A stretch of 64,000 nucleotides of DNA from Candidatus Binatia bacterium (GTDB lineage Bacteria; Desulfobacterota; Binatia; UBA9968; JAJDTQ01): NCBI GenBank assembly GCA_963666515.2, contig OY762897.2, positions 4,064,001 through 4,128,000 of the forward strand, written 5' to 3'. Every line of letters begins with the position of its first letter. The first letter of the stretch is position 1. The notes under the pieces are model-generated. The model did no database searches. It was given only the letters and a program-made list of their open reading frames with translations, and was not told the DNA's origin. Positions 1 through 9,740 of the stretch are shown in pieces. The position numbers and the translations under genes were made by a program.

Positions 1-346
1 GGCGATGCGAACACCTCTCGGCGCGGTGATCGAAAACCAGACCGCCATCGAGCTGGCGCGTTCCGGTACGGACCTCTCCGGTTGGAAGCGGACCCCGTCG
101 GGGGCGGAGATCGACTTCGTCGTCAAACGGGGCGATACCGCGGTTCCGGTCGAATGCAAAGCGGCGCTGGCGGTGAACCGCAAGCACATGCGAGGAGTCG
201 CCAGCTATCTGCGACAGCATGGGCTCCGCACGGGATACCTGACGAGCCTGGCGCCGTACTCGATCACGACAATGGACGACGTGCGGATCGTGAACCTGCC
301 AGGCTACCTTCTTGAGCGCCTCGGCCGTATCTCTGATTCGCTGTAG
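1..346 (+). CDS. C-terminal part of AAA ATPase / DUF4143 family protein (5' end outside window)
   Basis: WKRTPSGAEIDFVV..PVECKA matches the DUF4143 C-terminal motif; same family as 44996-46189. Confidence 0.75.
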   Translation, partial: AMRTPLGAVIENQTAIELARSGTDLSGWKRTPSGAEIDFVVKRGDTAVPVECKAALAVNRKHMRGVASYLRQHGLRTGYLTSLAPYSITTMDDVRIVNLPGYLLERLGRISDSL

Positions 347-394
347 CCGGGAACGGGCTGCTGGATGCAGCACCTCCAACCTTGTGCCGCCTTT

Positions 395-449
395 ACGTAA
401 CAGACTCGTAACAATCGTTTAATTTCTCTGTGACGTAGCCGTCATAGAC
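395..449 (+). promoter_or_regulatory. Pho-box-like array of five in-phase 11-bp units upstream of pstS
   Basis: ACGTAACAGAC/TCGTAACAATC/GTTTAATTTCT/CTGTGACGTAG/CCGTCATAGAC; cores resemble the PhoB consensus CTGTCAT and recur at 11-bp period. Confidence 0.7.
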
Positions 450-558
450 CGATAACTACCGTTGGTTGAGTCCTGCCAACACTGGCAGGGTCGTGGGACC
501 CTTCGCCCGGTGATCGGGTATCGGCGACAAAGGTTCTAACCAAAAGGAGGGTTTCCCT

Positions 559-1602
559 ATGTTTCGGAACGGTCTGTTGACGGCGGCGGTGGTCGCACTG
601 GCCGCGGCGGGTCTGGCGACTTCGGCCTCGGCGCAGTCGCGCGACTACATCCAGATCGTGGGCTCGTCCACGGTCTATCCGTTCACCACCGTGGTGGCCG
701 AGCAGTTCGGCAAGACCACCAGGTTCAAGACCCCCAAGGTCGAGTCCACGGGCTCGGGCGGCGGCCTGAAGCTTTTCTGCGCCGGCGTCGGCGTCGAGCA
801 CCCGGACATGACCAACTCTTCGCGGCGTATCAAGAAGACCGAGGTCGAACGCTGCTCCAGGAACGGCGTCCAGGAGATCGTCGAGTTGAAGGTGGGCTAC
901 GACGGCATCGCGGTGGCCAACTCGAAGAAGAGCAAGCCGCTGGCCCTCACGCCCCAGGATCTCTATCTCGCCCTGGCCAAGGACGTGCCGGCCAACGCCG
1001 ACGGCAGCGAGCGCAAGCCGAACCCCAACAAGACCTGGAAGGACGTGAACCCCAGGCTCCCGGCCCTGAAGATCGAGGTGCTGGGACCGCCGCCGACGTC
1101 CGGCACCCGCGACGCCTTCGTGGAGTTGGTGATGGACGCGGGCTGCAAGAAGTTCGCCGCCATCAAGAAGATGTCCAAGAAGCCGAGACGGGCCGCCTGC
1201 CGCACCATGCGTGAGGACGGCGCCTTCGTCGAGGCGGGCGAGAACGACAACCTGATCGTGCAGAAGCTCGACGCCAACCCCGACGCCTTCGGCATCTTCG
1301 GCTTCAGCTTCCTGGACCAGAACACCGACAAGCTCCGGGGTGCTTCCATCAACGGCGTCAAGCCCGAGTTCGAGACCATCGCCGACGGCAGCTATCCGGT
1401 GTCGCGTCCGCTGTACCTCTACATCAAGAAGGCCCACCTGGACGTGATATCGGGCATGAGGGAGTTCCTCGCCGAGTACACCAGCGAGAAGGCCTGGGGC
1501 GATGAGGGTTATCTGTCCGACAAGGGGCTGATCCCGATGCCCGGGAAGGAGCGCCAGCAGTTCTCTTCGGACGTGAAGAACGTGAAGAACCTGGCTCTGT
1601 AG
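559..1602 (+). CDS. pstS: Phosphate ABC transporter substrate-binding protein
   Basis: Signal peptide, GSSTVYPF, STGSGGG, SGTRDAF, YPVSRPLY; AAGGAGG RBS. Confidence 0.95.
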   Translation: MFRNGLLTAAVVALAAAGLATSASAQSRDYIQIVGSSTVYPFTTVVAEQFGKTTRFKTPKVESTGSGGGLKLFCAGVGVEHPDMTNSSRRIKKTEVERCSRNGVQEIVELKVGYDGIAVANSKKSKPLALTPQDLYLALAKDVPANADGSERKPNPNKTWKDVNPRLPALKIEVLGPPPTSGTRDAFVELVMDAGCKKFAAIKKMSKKPRRAACRTMREDGAFVEAGENDNLIVQKLDANPDAFGIFGFSFLDQNTDKLRGASINGVKPEFETIADGSYPVSRPLYLYIKKAHLDVISGMREFLAEYTSEKAWGDEGYLSDKGLIPMPGKERQQFSSDVKNVKNLAL

Positions 1603-1608
1603 ACGTCC

Positions 1609-2988
1609 ATGGGCGCCCCGAGCCTGATTATTGCGTTGCTGGTCGTGAGTTGCGTCAGCTACCACCTGGGCTGGCGCCGCTCCATCTCCCTGGCCCAGGG
1701 GACCGTCCGCAACCTGCACTCCCTCCCCGGCTACCACGGGCTTTACACCGCCCTTTGGGCTGCGGTGCCGGCCCTCCTGCTGCTGGCCCTCGGAGCGGCC
1801 CTGAAGGGCCCCGTCGTAACCCGCATCGTGGTCGCCGACCTGCCGCGGGAGATTCAGAGCCTGCCGCCGGAGCGGCTCAATCTGGTCATCACCGACGTCC
1901 GCAACCTGGCATCCGGGAACATCGCTTCCCGGAAAAGTCCCGCCATAGTGGCCGCGGCGGACCGTTACGTGAGGCTGCAGGGCTACGCCGCCATCGCCAT
2001 CTGGGTGGCCGTGCTGGCGCTGGCGGCGTTTTGCAGCGCCATGGCCTGGCGCGCCATCAGGCCCGGCAAACGCGCGCGGAATTCCGTCGAGCGGATCGTG
2101 CTCGGCTTCCTCATGGCCAGCTCGACCATCGCCATCCTGACGACCATAGGGATCGTGCTCTCCGTGCTGTTCGAGTCGATCCGCTTCTTCCAGGCGGTGC
2201 CGGTGACCGAGTTCATCTTCGGCACCGAGTGGAGCCCCCAGATGGCCATTCGCGCCGACCAGGTGGGCGCTTCCGGAGCCTTCGGCGCCATTCCGCTGTT
2301 CGTCGGCACGCTGCTCATCTCCTTCATCGCCATGCTGGTGGCGGTCCCGGTAGGTCTGATGTCGGCCATCTACCTCGCCGAGTACGCGCAACCACGGGTG
2401 CGGGCGGTGGTCAAGCCCCTGCTGGAGGTGCTGGCGGGGATCCCGACCGTCGTCTACGGGTTCTTCGCGGCCCTGACGGTGGCGCCGTTCATGCGCGGGT
2501 TGGGCGAGAGCGTGGGGCTCGACGTGGCGTCCGAGAGCGCCCTGGCCGCGGGGCTGGTCATGGGCATGATGATCATTCCGTTCGTCTCCTCGCTTTCCGA
2601 TGACGTGATCAACGCCGTGCCCCAGGCCATGCGCGACGGCGCCTACGCGCTGGGCTCGACCCAGTCGGAGATCATCCGGAAGGTGGTCATCCCGGCGGCC
2701 CTCCCGGGCATCGTCGGCGGCGTCCTGCTGGCGGTGTCGCGCGCCATCGGGGAAACCATGATCGTCGTCATGGCCGCGGGACTGGCCGCGAACCTCACCG
2801 CCAATCCGCTCAGCGCGGTTACCACGGTTACGGTTCAGATCGTGACGCTGCTGACCGGCGACCAGGAGTTCGACAGTCCCAAGACGCTGGCCGCGTTCGC
2901 ATTGGGCCTGGTGCTCTTCGTGGTCACCCTGGGCCTCAACGTCATCGCCCTGCAGGTGGTGCGCAAGTACCGGGAGCAGTACGAGTAG
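1609..2988 (+). CDS. pstC: Phosphate ABC transporter permease
   Basis: LAGIPTVVYG, SRAIGETMIV; follows pstS. Confidence 0.95.
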   Translation: MGAPSLIIALLVVSCVSYHLGWRRSISLAQGTVRNLHSLPGYHGLYTALWAAVPALLLLALGAALKGPVVTRIVVADLPREIQSLPPERLNLVITDVRNLASGNIASRKSPAIVAAADRYVRLQGYAAIAIWVAVLALAAFCSAMAWRAIRPGKRARNSVERIVLGFLMASSTIAILTTIGIVLSVLFESIRFFQAVPVTEFIFGTEWSPQMAIRADQVGASGAFGAIPLFVGTLLISFIAMLVAVPVGLMSAIYLAEYAQPRVRAVVKPLLEVLAGIPTVVYGFFAALTVAPFMRGLGESVGLDVASESALAAGLVMGMMIIPFVSSLSDDVINAVPQAMRDGAYALGSTQSEIIRKVVIPAALPGIVGGVLLAVSRAIGETMIVVMAAGLAANLTANPLSAVTTVTVQIVTLLTGDQEFDSPKTLAAFALGLVLFVVTLGLNVIALQVVRKYREQYE

Positions 2989-2996
2989 CACTGATC

Positions 2997-4286
2997 ATGG
3001 CCACGCGTCCGAAAAGCACCATCGAGACCGTGCGCGCGACCCTGGCCCGCCGGAACCGGGCCGAACGCCGCTTCCGGAACTTCGGGCGGGCCGCGGTTCT
3101 CCTGGGACTGGTGTTCCTGGTGCTGATGTTCGTGAACATCGTCGTCACCGGCTACTCGGCCTTCCGGCAGACCTACGTGAAGCTGCCGGTCCACTTCGAC
3201 CCGCAGGTGATCGACCCCCAGCGCACCGGCGATCGCGACGTCCTCGGCGCCGCCGACTACGGCGCCCTGGTCAAGACCTCGGTGCGTTCGCTCTTCCCCG
3301 AGGTGCGGGGGAGACGGGACCGGCGCGCTCTCGCCAAGCTGGCCAGCCGGGGAACGGTGTTCGAGCTTCGCCGCATGACCCTGGAAGATCCCTCGCTGGT
3401 GGGCGCCCGGGCGGAGATATGGGTGCCCGTGGACGACGATTACGACATGCTCCACAAGGGCAACGTCGACCGGACGTTGCCGGAAGCGGACCGGCGGCTG
3501 TCCGACAAACAGATCGGATGGTTCGACCGGCTCGTGGCCGACGGACGCGTCGAGTCGCGTTTCAACGCCACCTTCTTCAGCGCCGGCGACTCGCGGGAGC
3601 CGGAGCTGGCGGGCATCTGGGGAGCGGCGATGGGTTCGTTCTTCACGCTGGTGGTGACCTTGCTGCTGTCGTTTCCGCTGGGGGTGGCCACCGCGGTCTA
3701 CTTGGAGGAGTTCGCGCCCAGGAATCGCGTGACCGCGCTGATCGAGGTCAACATCAACAACCTGGCGGCGGTGCCGTCCATCGTCTTCGGCCTGCTGGGC
3801 CTGGCGGTGTTCATCAACTTCTTCGGTCTGCCGCGCTCCGCGCCACTGGTGGGGGGGCTGGTGCTGACGCTGATGACGCTTCCCACCATCATCATCGCGG
3901 GCCGGGCGTCGCTCCAGTCCGTGCCGCCCTCGATCCGGGAAGCGGCCCTGGGGGTGGGCGCGTCCAAGATGCAGATGATCGTGCACCACGTGCTGCCCCT
4001 GGCCATGCCCGGCATGTTGACCGGCACCATCATCGGCATGGCCCGCGCCCTCGGCGAGACCGCGCCGCTGTTGATGATCGGCATGGTGGCGTTCGTCGTG
4101 GACGTCCCGCAGAGTGTCACGGACGCGGCCACCGCGCTGCCGGTGCAGATCTTCCTTTGGCTGGACAGCCCCGAGCGCGCCTTCGTGGAGCGGGCTTCGG
4201 CGGCGATCATGGTGCTGCTGGCGTTTCTCATCGCCATGAACGCCCTGGCCATCGTGCTGCGGCGGCGTTTTGAAAGACGCTGGTAA
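2997..4286 (+). CDS. pstA: Phosphate ABC transporter permease
   Basis: NLAAVPSIVFGLLGL, ARALGETAPL. Confidence 0.95.
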   Translation: MATRPKSTIETVRATLARRNRAERRFRNFGRAAVLLGLVFLVLMFVNIVVTGYSAFRQTYVKLPVHFDPQVIDPQRTGDRDVLGAADYGALVKTSVRSLFPEVRGRRDRRALAKLASRGTVFELRRMTLEDPSLVGARAEIWVPVDDDYDMLHKGNVDRTLPEADRRLSDKQIGWFDRLVADGRVESRFNATFFSAGDSREPELAGIWGAAMGSFFTLVVTLLLSFPLGVATAVYLEEFAPRNRVTALIEVNINNLAAVPSIVFGLLGLAVFINFFGLPRSAPLVGGLVLTLMTLPTIIIAGRASLQSVPPSIREAALGVGASKMQMIVHHVLPLAMPGMLTGTIIGMARALGETAPLLMIGMVAFVVDVPQSVTDAATALPVQIFLWLDSPERAFVERASAAIMVLLAFLIAMNALAIVLRRRFERRW

Positions 4287-4303
4287 ACTGGCACAAACAA
4301 GGG

Positions 4304-4399
4304 GAACTCTGATTGTCAACGCGTCCTTCGACTTCGCTCCGCTTGCGCTTCGCTACGTCTGTCCTGAGCCTTGTCGAAGGGCGCGGTGACAATCAGTTC
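4304..4399. repeat. REP-like long imperfect inverted repeat between pstA and pstB
   Basis: GAACTCTGATTGTCAACGCGTCCTTCGAC pairs with GTCGAAGGGCGCGGTGACAATCAGTTC; GTCCTTCGACTTCGC recurs at 47481. Confidence 0.7.
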
Positions 4400-4413
4400 A
4401 GGAGACGCCGATT

Positions 4414-5292
4414 GTGGCCGACCAACCGGGTGTAGCAGTCATGGAAGCGGGTGCGCTGGAGTTCCGGGGAGCCGAGATGGAAGACGTCGACGAGCGGCGG
4501 GAAAGCCGCGAGACCGTGGGCACGCCGTTCTCGGACACACCGCGCATGACCTGCCGCAACGTCAACGTCCATTACGGCGACAACCACGCCATCAAGAACG
4601 TGAGCCTGGATATCGGACGGGAGCAGGTGCTGGCGATGATCGGCCCGTCCGGGTGCGGCAAGTCCACCTTCCTGCGGGCGCTCAACCGCATGAACGACAC
4701 CATCGACGGCTGCCGCATGACCGGCGAGATCACGCTTGACGGCAACGACATCTACGCCAGGGACATGGACGTGGTCCAGCTACGGGCGCAGGTGGGCATG
4801 GTGTTCCAGAAGCCCAACCCCTTCCCCAAGTCCATCTTCGACAACGTCGCCTACGGCGTGCGCATCCACGGGCTGGCGGAGTCCAAGTCCGAACTGGAGG
4901 GCATCGTCGAGCACAGCCTGAAGCGCGCCGGCCTGTGGGAAGAGGTGAACGACCGGCTCCATCAGCCCGGCACCGGCCTGTCCGGCGGCCAGCAGCAACG
5001 ATTGTGCATCGCCCGGACCATCGCGGTGAGTCCGGAGGTCATCCTCATGGACGAGCCCTGCTCGGCCCTCGACCCCATCGCCACCGCCCGGGTCGAGGAC
5101 CTGATCCACGAGTTGGGCCGCGACTACACCATCGCCATCGTCACCCACTCCATGCAGCAGGCCGCCCGGGTATCGCAGCGCACCGCCTACCTCCACCTGG
5201 GAGATCTGCTGGAGGTGGGCCCCACCGACCAGATATTCACCAACCCCATCCACCCCCTCACCGAGGACTACATCACCGGGCGTTTCGGCTGA
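4414..5292 (+). CDS. pstB: Phosphate ABC transporter ATP-binding protein
   Basis: [54 protein letters not shown]. Confidence 0.96.
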   Translation: MADQPGVAVMEAGALEFRGAEMEDVDERRESRETVGTPFSDTPRMTCRNVNVHYGDNHAIKNVSLDIGREQVLAMIGPSGCGKSTFLRALNRMNDTIDGCRMTGEITLDGNDIYARDMDVVQLRAQVGMVFQKPNPFPKSIFDNVAYGVRIHGLAESKSELEGIVEHSLKRAGLWEEVNDRLHQPGTGLSGGQQQRLCIARTIAVSPEVILMDEPCSALDPIATARVEDLIHELGRDYTIAIVTHSMQQAARVSQRTAYLHLGDLLEVGPTDQIFTNPIHPLTEDYITGRFG

Positions 5293-5703
5293 TCAGCGCG
5301 ACGACCGGTACAATTCCACGAAGTCTCTCGGCGAGACCACCTCGACGCCTTGTCGGTGGCGTTTGGGGTAGTGCTTGAGATTCCCCGTCACCAAGCATCC
5401 GGCCTGACCGGCCAAAGCCACGGCCAGAAAGACCTCGTCGTCGGGATCGGGAAGGCGCCCAGGCAGGAGGCGCGCCTCCACCGGCTCGCCGTCTGCCTGG
5501 ATCTGGTCCAACAGGGATTCGACGCGGGCGAGGCTGAACGGAAACGCCGGCCGCAACAGGACTTGACGGTATTCGCCCAGGATACGGGCGTCGTAGCACA
5601 ACCGAACCGCCCGGGCGGTTACCAACCGCACGATCTCGCCAGGGGGGCCGAAGGCGGAGAGCAGACCCGATACGAGGACGTTCGTATCGAGCACGATCTT
5701 CAT
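5293..5703 (-). CDS. PIN-domain toxin of a type II TA system
   Basis: MKIVLDTNVLVS, DPDDEVFL, LVTGNLKHY; start overlaps the antitoxin stop. Confidence 0.9.
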   Translation of the reverse strand: MKIVLDTNVLVSGLLSAFGPPGEIVRLVTARAVRLCYDARILGEYRQVLLRPAFPFSLARVESLLDQIQADGEPVEARLLPGRLPDPDDEVFLAVALAGQAGCLVTGNLKHYPKRHRQGVEVVSPRDFVELYRSSR

Positions 5704-5987
5704 CGAGTGCGTTCTCGGCGCGCCGCGGTGATTTCCGCCGCGATCTCCTGGGGCGACATGCGGTCGGTGCCGGTCTTCTGGGAGGCTTGCTGCATGGCGG
5801 TGACGGCAGCCTGGGCGCGCGCGCGGCGCATGGCGCTCAGTGATTCTTCCAGGGTGTCGTCCGAGGTTGCGGAGAGCAGCGCAATGGGCTTGCCATTGGA
5901 GGTGATGACCAGATCCCGTTCTTCAGCCAGAGTCTTCCAGACGGCTGCCGACCGGCTGCGCAACTCGCGGATGGCTACAAAGCGCAT
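5700..5987 (-). CDS. Phd/YefM family antitoxin
   Basis: MRFVAIRELR..DLVITSNGKPIALL; AAGGAGG RBS; TGTAC-N8-GTACA inverted repeat at 6007-6024. Confidence 0.88.
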   Translation of the reverse strand: MRFVAIRELRSRSAAVWKTLAEERDLVITSNGKPIALLSATSDDTLEESLSAMRRARAQAAVTAMQQASQKTGTDRMSPQEIAAEITAARRERTR

Positions 5988-6102
5988 GGCGGCCTCCTTC
6001 CTGTTGTGTACGTGACAGGGTACATGATCGTGACACGCCAATCAACGTAGCCGACGGCGAAAAAGACCAGCAACTTATGGCAGAAATTACGGGACGCGAC
6101 GC

Positions 6103-7029
6103 TCAGTTGCCGGTAACCGAGTCCACGTGGCCGAATATCGCCGCGAGCTTCTCCTGTGCTTCGGGCGGCAGCGGCGGCTTGAGCGCCGCTGAGACGTTGG
6201 TTTCCAGGTGCCGCTCGTCGCCGGTTCCGGTCAGCACCACGTCCACGCCCGGCTCGTGCACGCAGAAACGGTAGGCTGCCTCCGCGAGGGTCTCGGCGCA
6301 GCCGTTCCCGGTGAGGAAGCCGAGGTCGGCGCCGGGCTCCAGGATACCGTTGCGCTCCATTTCCCGCAGCAGCTTGGCGAGGCTCTCGGGCCGGCTCAAC
6401 GCGCGCCGGACAGCGAACATGATCAGGGTGCCCACGCTCTTCTTCCGGGTGAGCGGGAACACGCTCCGGCGCGCGGACGGGTTCAGCAGGTTGAAGCCGA
6501 CCATGACCACGTCCCACCAAGGGTCATGCAGGCCCCGCTGCAGCATCTCGTGACGCGGGTTGGCCGGGAACTCTTCGGTGATGCCCACCGCACGGATCTT
6601 GCCTTCCTCGCGCAACTCCGTCAGTACGGGCGCCATCACGCTCGCCGCGAACTCGTAGCGCGCGTCGCCCACGCCGTGGAGATGGAAGACATCCACGTAG
6701 TCCGTGCCCAGCCGTTTCAGGCTTGCCTCCACCCCCGCCCGCATGGCGCCCGCGGGATCCGCATCGTCCGGCTCCGGCATGATCTTCTTGGTGGAAACCA
6801 CCACCCGGTCCCGCGGGACGTCGCGGATGGCCGCTCCGACGATCTCCTCCGTGCCGTAGTTTTCCGCGGTGTCGAGGAAGTTCACGCCCAGGTCCAGCGC
6901 CTTCCGCACCAGCCGGACGGAGTGGTCCCGGCCCATTCCCGTGCGCTGGCCAAGCCGGCTGGGTCCGCCGCAACCGAGTCCGACGACGCTCACCGTGAGC
7001 CCCGTTTTGCCGAGGTTGGTGTAGTTCAT
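6103..7029 (-). CDS. Aldo/keto reductase
   Basis: LGKTGLTVSVVGLG, FLDTAENYG, SLKRLGTDYVDVFHLH, GKIRAVG. Confidence 0.92.
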   Translation of the reverse strand: MNYTNLGKTGLTVSVVGLGCGGPSRLGQRTGMGRDHSVRLVRKALDLGVNFLDTAENYGTEEIVGAAIRDVPRDRVVVSTKKIMPEPDDADPAGAMRAGVEASLKRLGTDYVDVFHLHGVGDARYEFAASVMAPVLTELREEGKIRAVGITEEFPANPRHEMLQRGLHDPWWDVVMVGFNLLNPSARRSVFPLTRKKSVGTLIMFAVRRALSRPESLAKLLREMERNGILEPGADLGFLTGNGCAETLAEAAYRFCVHEPGVDVVLTGTGDERHLETNVSAALKPPLPPEAQEKLAAIFGHVDSVTGN

Positions 7030-7103
7030 GGAGAGTCCCGCACACCGTGGCGCTGAAGTGCGTCCCTGATCTCTTCAGCCTGGAGGTAGGTGAACGCGGC
7101 CAT
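7026..7103 (-). pseudogene. N-terminal remnant (25 codons) of a probable nucleotidyltransferase TA partner
   Basis: MAAFTYLQAEEIRDALQRHGVR then stops at the AKR start; overlaps the upstream small ORF as in two-gene TA modules; family call from memory. Confidence 0.45.
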
Positions 7104-7320
7104 ACCCGAGCCATTCCGGGAGGTTGTCTTCGCACCAGCGCCGGTACTCTTCCATGGTGTCGAAAGACCGGTACTTGGCGTCATCGAGAACGGGTTTGTA
7201 GGTATGAATGAATGCGTACCGCCAACGCACGGCGAGCGGTCGCCGCGCCGCGGCTTCGAACTCCGCCAGCCAATCCGATTCGATGGTCGGGGTTTCAGTC
7301 GTCCTGTCCGAAGCCGTCAT
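7075..7320 (-). CDS. Small hypothetical protein, probable TA-module partner
   Basis: 81 aa, YAFIHTYKPVLDDAKYRSFDTMEEYRRWCEDNLPEWLGY. Confidence 0.55.
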   Translation of the reverse strand: MTASDRTTETPTIESDWLAEFEAAARRPLAVRWRYAFIHTYKPVLDDAKYRSFDTMEEYRRWCEDNLPEWLGYGRVHLPPG

Positions 7321-7458
7321 CCGTAGCACAATATGGCAGACGGCAGGGCATTGCGCCACCACTCTCCCGATTATCGGGGCGGCGTTTTCGTTGATTTTCC
7401 GCCGGTTTGTTGCAATGGTTTGCGCCATGCGATGTGGTCGATACGACCGGAGGGGCTC

Positions 7459-8418
7459 ATGGCGGAGCTAGCAGGATGCATGGCCATGTCGCACGGGCCG
7501 CAGTTGATGATGGCGCCTCACCGCTGGCATCTGCTGGCGGCCAAGGACCGGCGGGAGCACGGCGCGACGGCGTCGGGGCCGGACGCGGAGGGCGACTCCG
7601 ACGAGGTCCGGTGGGCCAAGTGGCGGCGCTGCATGGAGGCCATCGACACCTTGCGGGCCACGCTCCACGAGTGGGCGCCTGACGCGCTGGTCCTGGTGGG
7701 GGACGATCAGCACGAGAATCTGCTCGACGACGCCATGCCGCCCTTCACCGTGTACGTGGGCGCGGAGGCCGAGGCCAGCGTGAGCCTGCGCTACCTGAAC
7801 GAGTCGCCGTCCACCAACCGGTCCCGGTACGACGTGCCCCAGCGGCTGGGGGAGACCCTGGTGGAAGGGCTCATGGAAGAGGGGTTCGACGTGGCCTGGT
7901 CCCGGAATCTCAGGCATCCGGGCGGCCTCGGACACGCCTTCGCGCGACCGCTCAAGTTCCTGGCGTCGGACGGCCACATCCCGATCCTGCCGGTGATGGT
8001 GAACACCTACTATCCGCCGGCGCCGTCGGCCCGGCGTTGCGTCGAGTTCGGCAGGGCGCTGCGCGGGGTGTTGGCCGCCAACGACGAGGCGGCCAGGGTG
8101 GCGGTGCTGGCCTCCGGCGGCCTCAGCCATACGAGGATCGACGAGAAGTTGGACCGCAAGGTGATCGCTGCGTTGGAGGCCGCCGACATGGACACCCTCG
8201 GAGACATACCCGCCGACGTGCTGGTGCGGGGCACATCGGAGATCCGCTGCTGGATGGTGGTTGCGGCGCTGGCGGGAGCGCCTGCGAGAATGATCGACTA
8301 CCAGCCGCTCTACAGGTCGGCAGGCAACGTGGGTTGCGCCATGGGCTTTGCGGTGTGGGATGTGCCGTCGGTCACGAGATGCGGGACCGTGTGGGAGGAC
8401 GAAGAGGCGACCACCTGA
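7459..8418 (+). CDS. LigB-family (class III) extradiol ring-cleavage dioxygenase
   Basis: AMSHGP, VGDDQHENL, GHAF, MVNTYYPP, ASGGLSH, GTSEIRCW. Confidence 0.85.
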   Translation: MAELAGCMAMSHGPQLMMAPHRWHLLAAKDRREHGATASGPDAEGDSDEVRWAKWRRCMEAIDTLRATLHEWAPDALVLVGDDQHENLLDDAMPPFTVYVGAEAEASVSLRYLNESPSTNRSRYDVPQRLGETLVEGLMEEGFDVAWSRNLRHPGGLGHAFARPLKFLASDGHIPILPVMVNTYYPPAPSARRCVEFGRALRGVLAANDEAARVAVLASGGLSHTRIDEKLDRKVIAALEAADMDTLGDIPADVLVRGTSEIRCWMVVAALAGAPARMIDYQPLYRSAGNVGCAMGFAVWDVPSVTRCGTVWEDEEATT

Positions 8419-8465
8419 TCGAGGATCGGCAATGGATCGAAACCCGCCGAAGGAGTGAACGCGCC

Positions 8466-9740
8466 ATGATGACCGCGGAGGAAAACAGGCTGTTGACGTC
8501 CACCGCGCCGGGTACGGGCTGCGGCACCCTGCTGCGGCGTTACTGGCAGCCCGTGGCCCTGTCCGAGGAGCTGAAGCCCGGCGGCGCGCCCTTGCCGGTG
8601 CGCTTCTTCGGCGAGGACTTGGTGCTCTTTCGCGACGACCAGGGTCGGCCCGGTCTCCTGGGCATCCATTGCTGCCACCGGGGCGCAGACCTGAGCTACG
8701 GCCGGGTGGAGGACGGCGGGCTCCGGTGCATCTACCACGGCTGGCTCTACGACGTGGACGGCAACTGCCTCGATCAGCCGGGCGAGCCGGAAGGGGGGAA
8801 GCACCGGGACGCCGTCCGCCAGCCCGCCTATCCCTGCCAGGAACGCGTGGGGGTCATCTTCGCGTATTTCGGCGGCGGCGAGCCGCCGCTGCTGCGCAAC
8901 TTCGAGTTCCTGGCCGCTGCCCCGGAGCACGTTTTCGTAAGCAAGATCTACCACGAATGCAATTTCCTGCAGGCCAACGAGGGCAACATCGACCCGGTGC
9001 ACCTGTCATTCCTGCACCGGAACCTCCAGGAGAGCGAGCGCGACAGGCAGCGCGTGGTGCGCGGCGGCAACTCCTCGCCCAACAGCCTCTTCGGCCGGGA
9101 CAACGCCCCCACCATCGACGTCGAGCTTCAGGAGTTCGGGGTACGGATTTACACGACCCGGCGGCTCCCGGACGATAAGACGTATCTGCGGGTGTCCTAC
9201 TTCGTCATGCCCAACTTCAGCGCGTTCCCGGGCCAGACCGGCGGCGACGGCTACTCGATCAACTGGCACGTGCCCATCGACGACACCCACCACTGGAAGT
9301 TCGTGTTCGTGTACAGCCGCAGCAAGCCCATCAGCCGGGAGGTGGCGTTGCGGGACCGCTCGGAAATGACGGAGGATTACCGGCTGATCCGCAGCAAGGC
9401 CAACCGCTACCAGCAGGACCGGGACATGATGCGGGACAAGTCCTTCAGCGGCATCGGCTTCAACTTCCAGGCCCAGGACCTCTGCGTCACCGAAGGCGAA
9501 GGGCCGGTGCAGGACCGCACCCAGGAGCACCCTGTGACCTCCGACAAGGCCATCGTGGCCGCGCGCAAGCTCATCCTGAGCGGCATCCGCGACGTCCAGG
9601 ACGGCGGCGAGGCCCCCAGCGTCCGGCGCGACGCTGAGTCCAACCGCTTTCCGGAGATGGCGGTGTTGTCCGAGGTGGTGCCCGCAGACGTGCCCATCAA
9701 GGAGCACACGCGGCAGCGGGTGGAGGAGATCGCTTACTAG
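8466..9740 (+). CDS. Rieske non-heme iron oxygenase alpha subunit (phthalate 4,5-dioxygenase/LigX-like)
   Basis: CCHRG..CIYHGW Rieske motif; EGNIDPVHLSFLH and QD iron ligands. Confidence 0.9.
   Translation: MMTAEENRLLTSTAPGTGCGTLLRRYWQPVALSEELKPGGAPLPVRFFGEDLVLFRDDQGRPGLLGIHCCHRGADLSYGRVEDGGLRCIYHGWLYDVDGNCLDQPGEPEGGKHRDAVRQPAYPCQERVGVIFAYFGGGEPPLLRNFEFLAAAPEHVFVSKIYHECNFLQANEGNIDPVHLSFLHRNLQESERDRQRVVRGGNSSPNSLFGRDNAPTIDVELQEFGVRIYTTRRLPDDKTYLRVSYFVMPNFSAFPGQTGGDGYSINWHVPIDDTHHWKFVFVYSRSKPISREVALRDRSEMTEDYRLIRSKANRYQQDRDMMRDKSFSGIGFNFQAQDLCVTEGEGPVQDRTQEHPVTSDKAIVAARKLILSGIRDVQDGGEAPSVRRDAESNRFPEMAVLSEVVPADVPIKEHTRQRVEEIAY

Noticed and set aside
442-2991. 849-aa antisense ORF, and similar long ORFs such as 13927-16509, 24588-26084 and 31501-33309
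   Set aside because: Shadow frames of well-supported genes in high-GC DNA; no recognisable motifs
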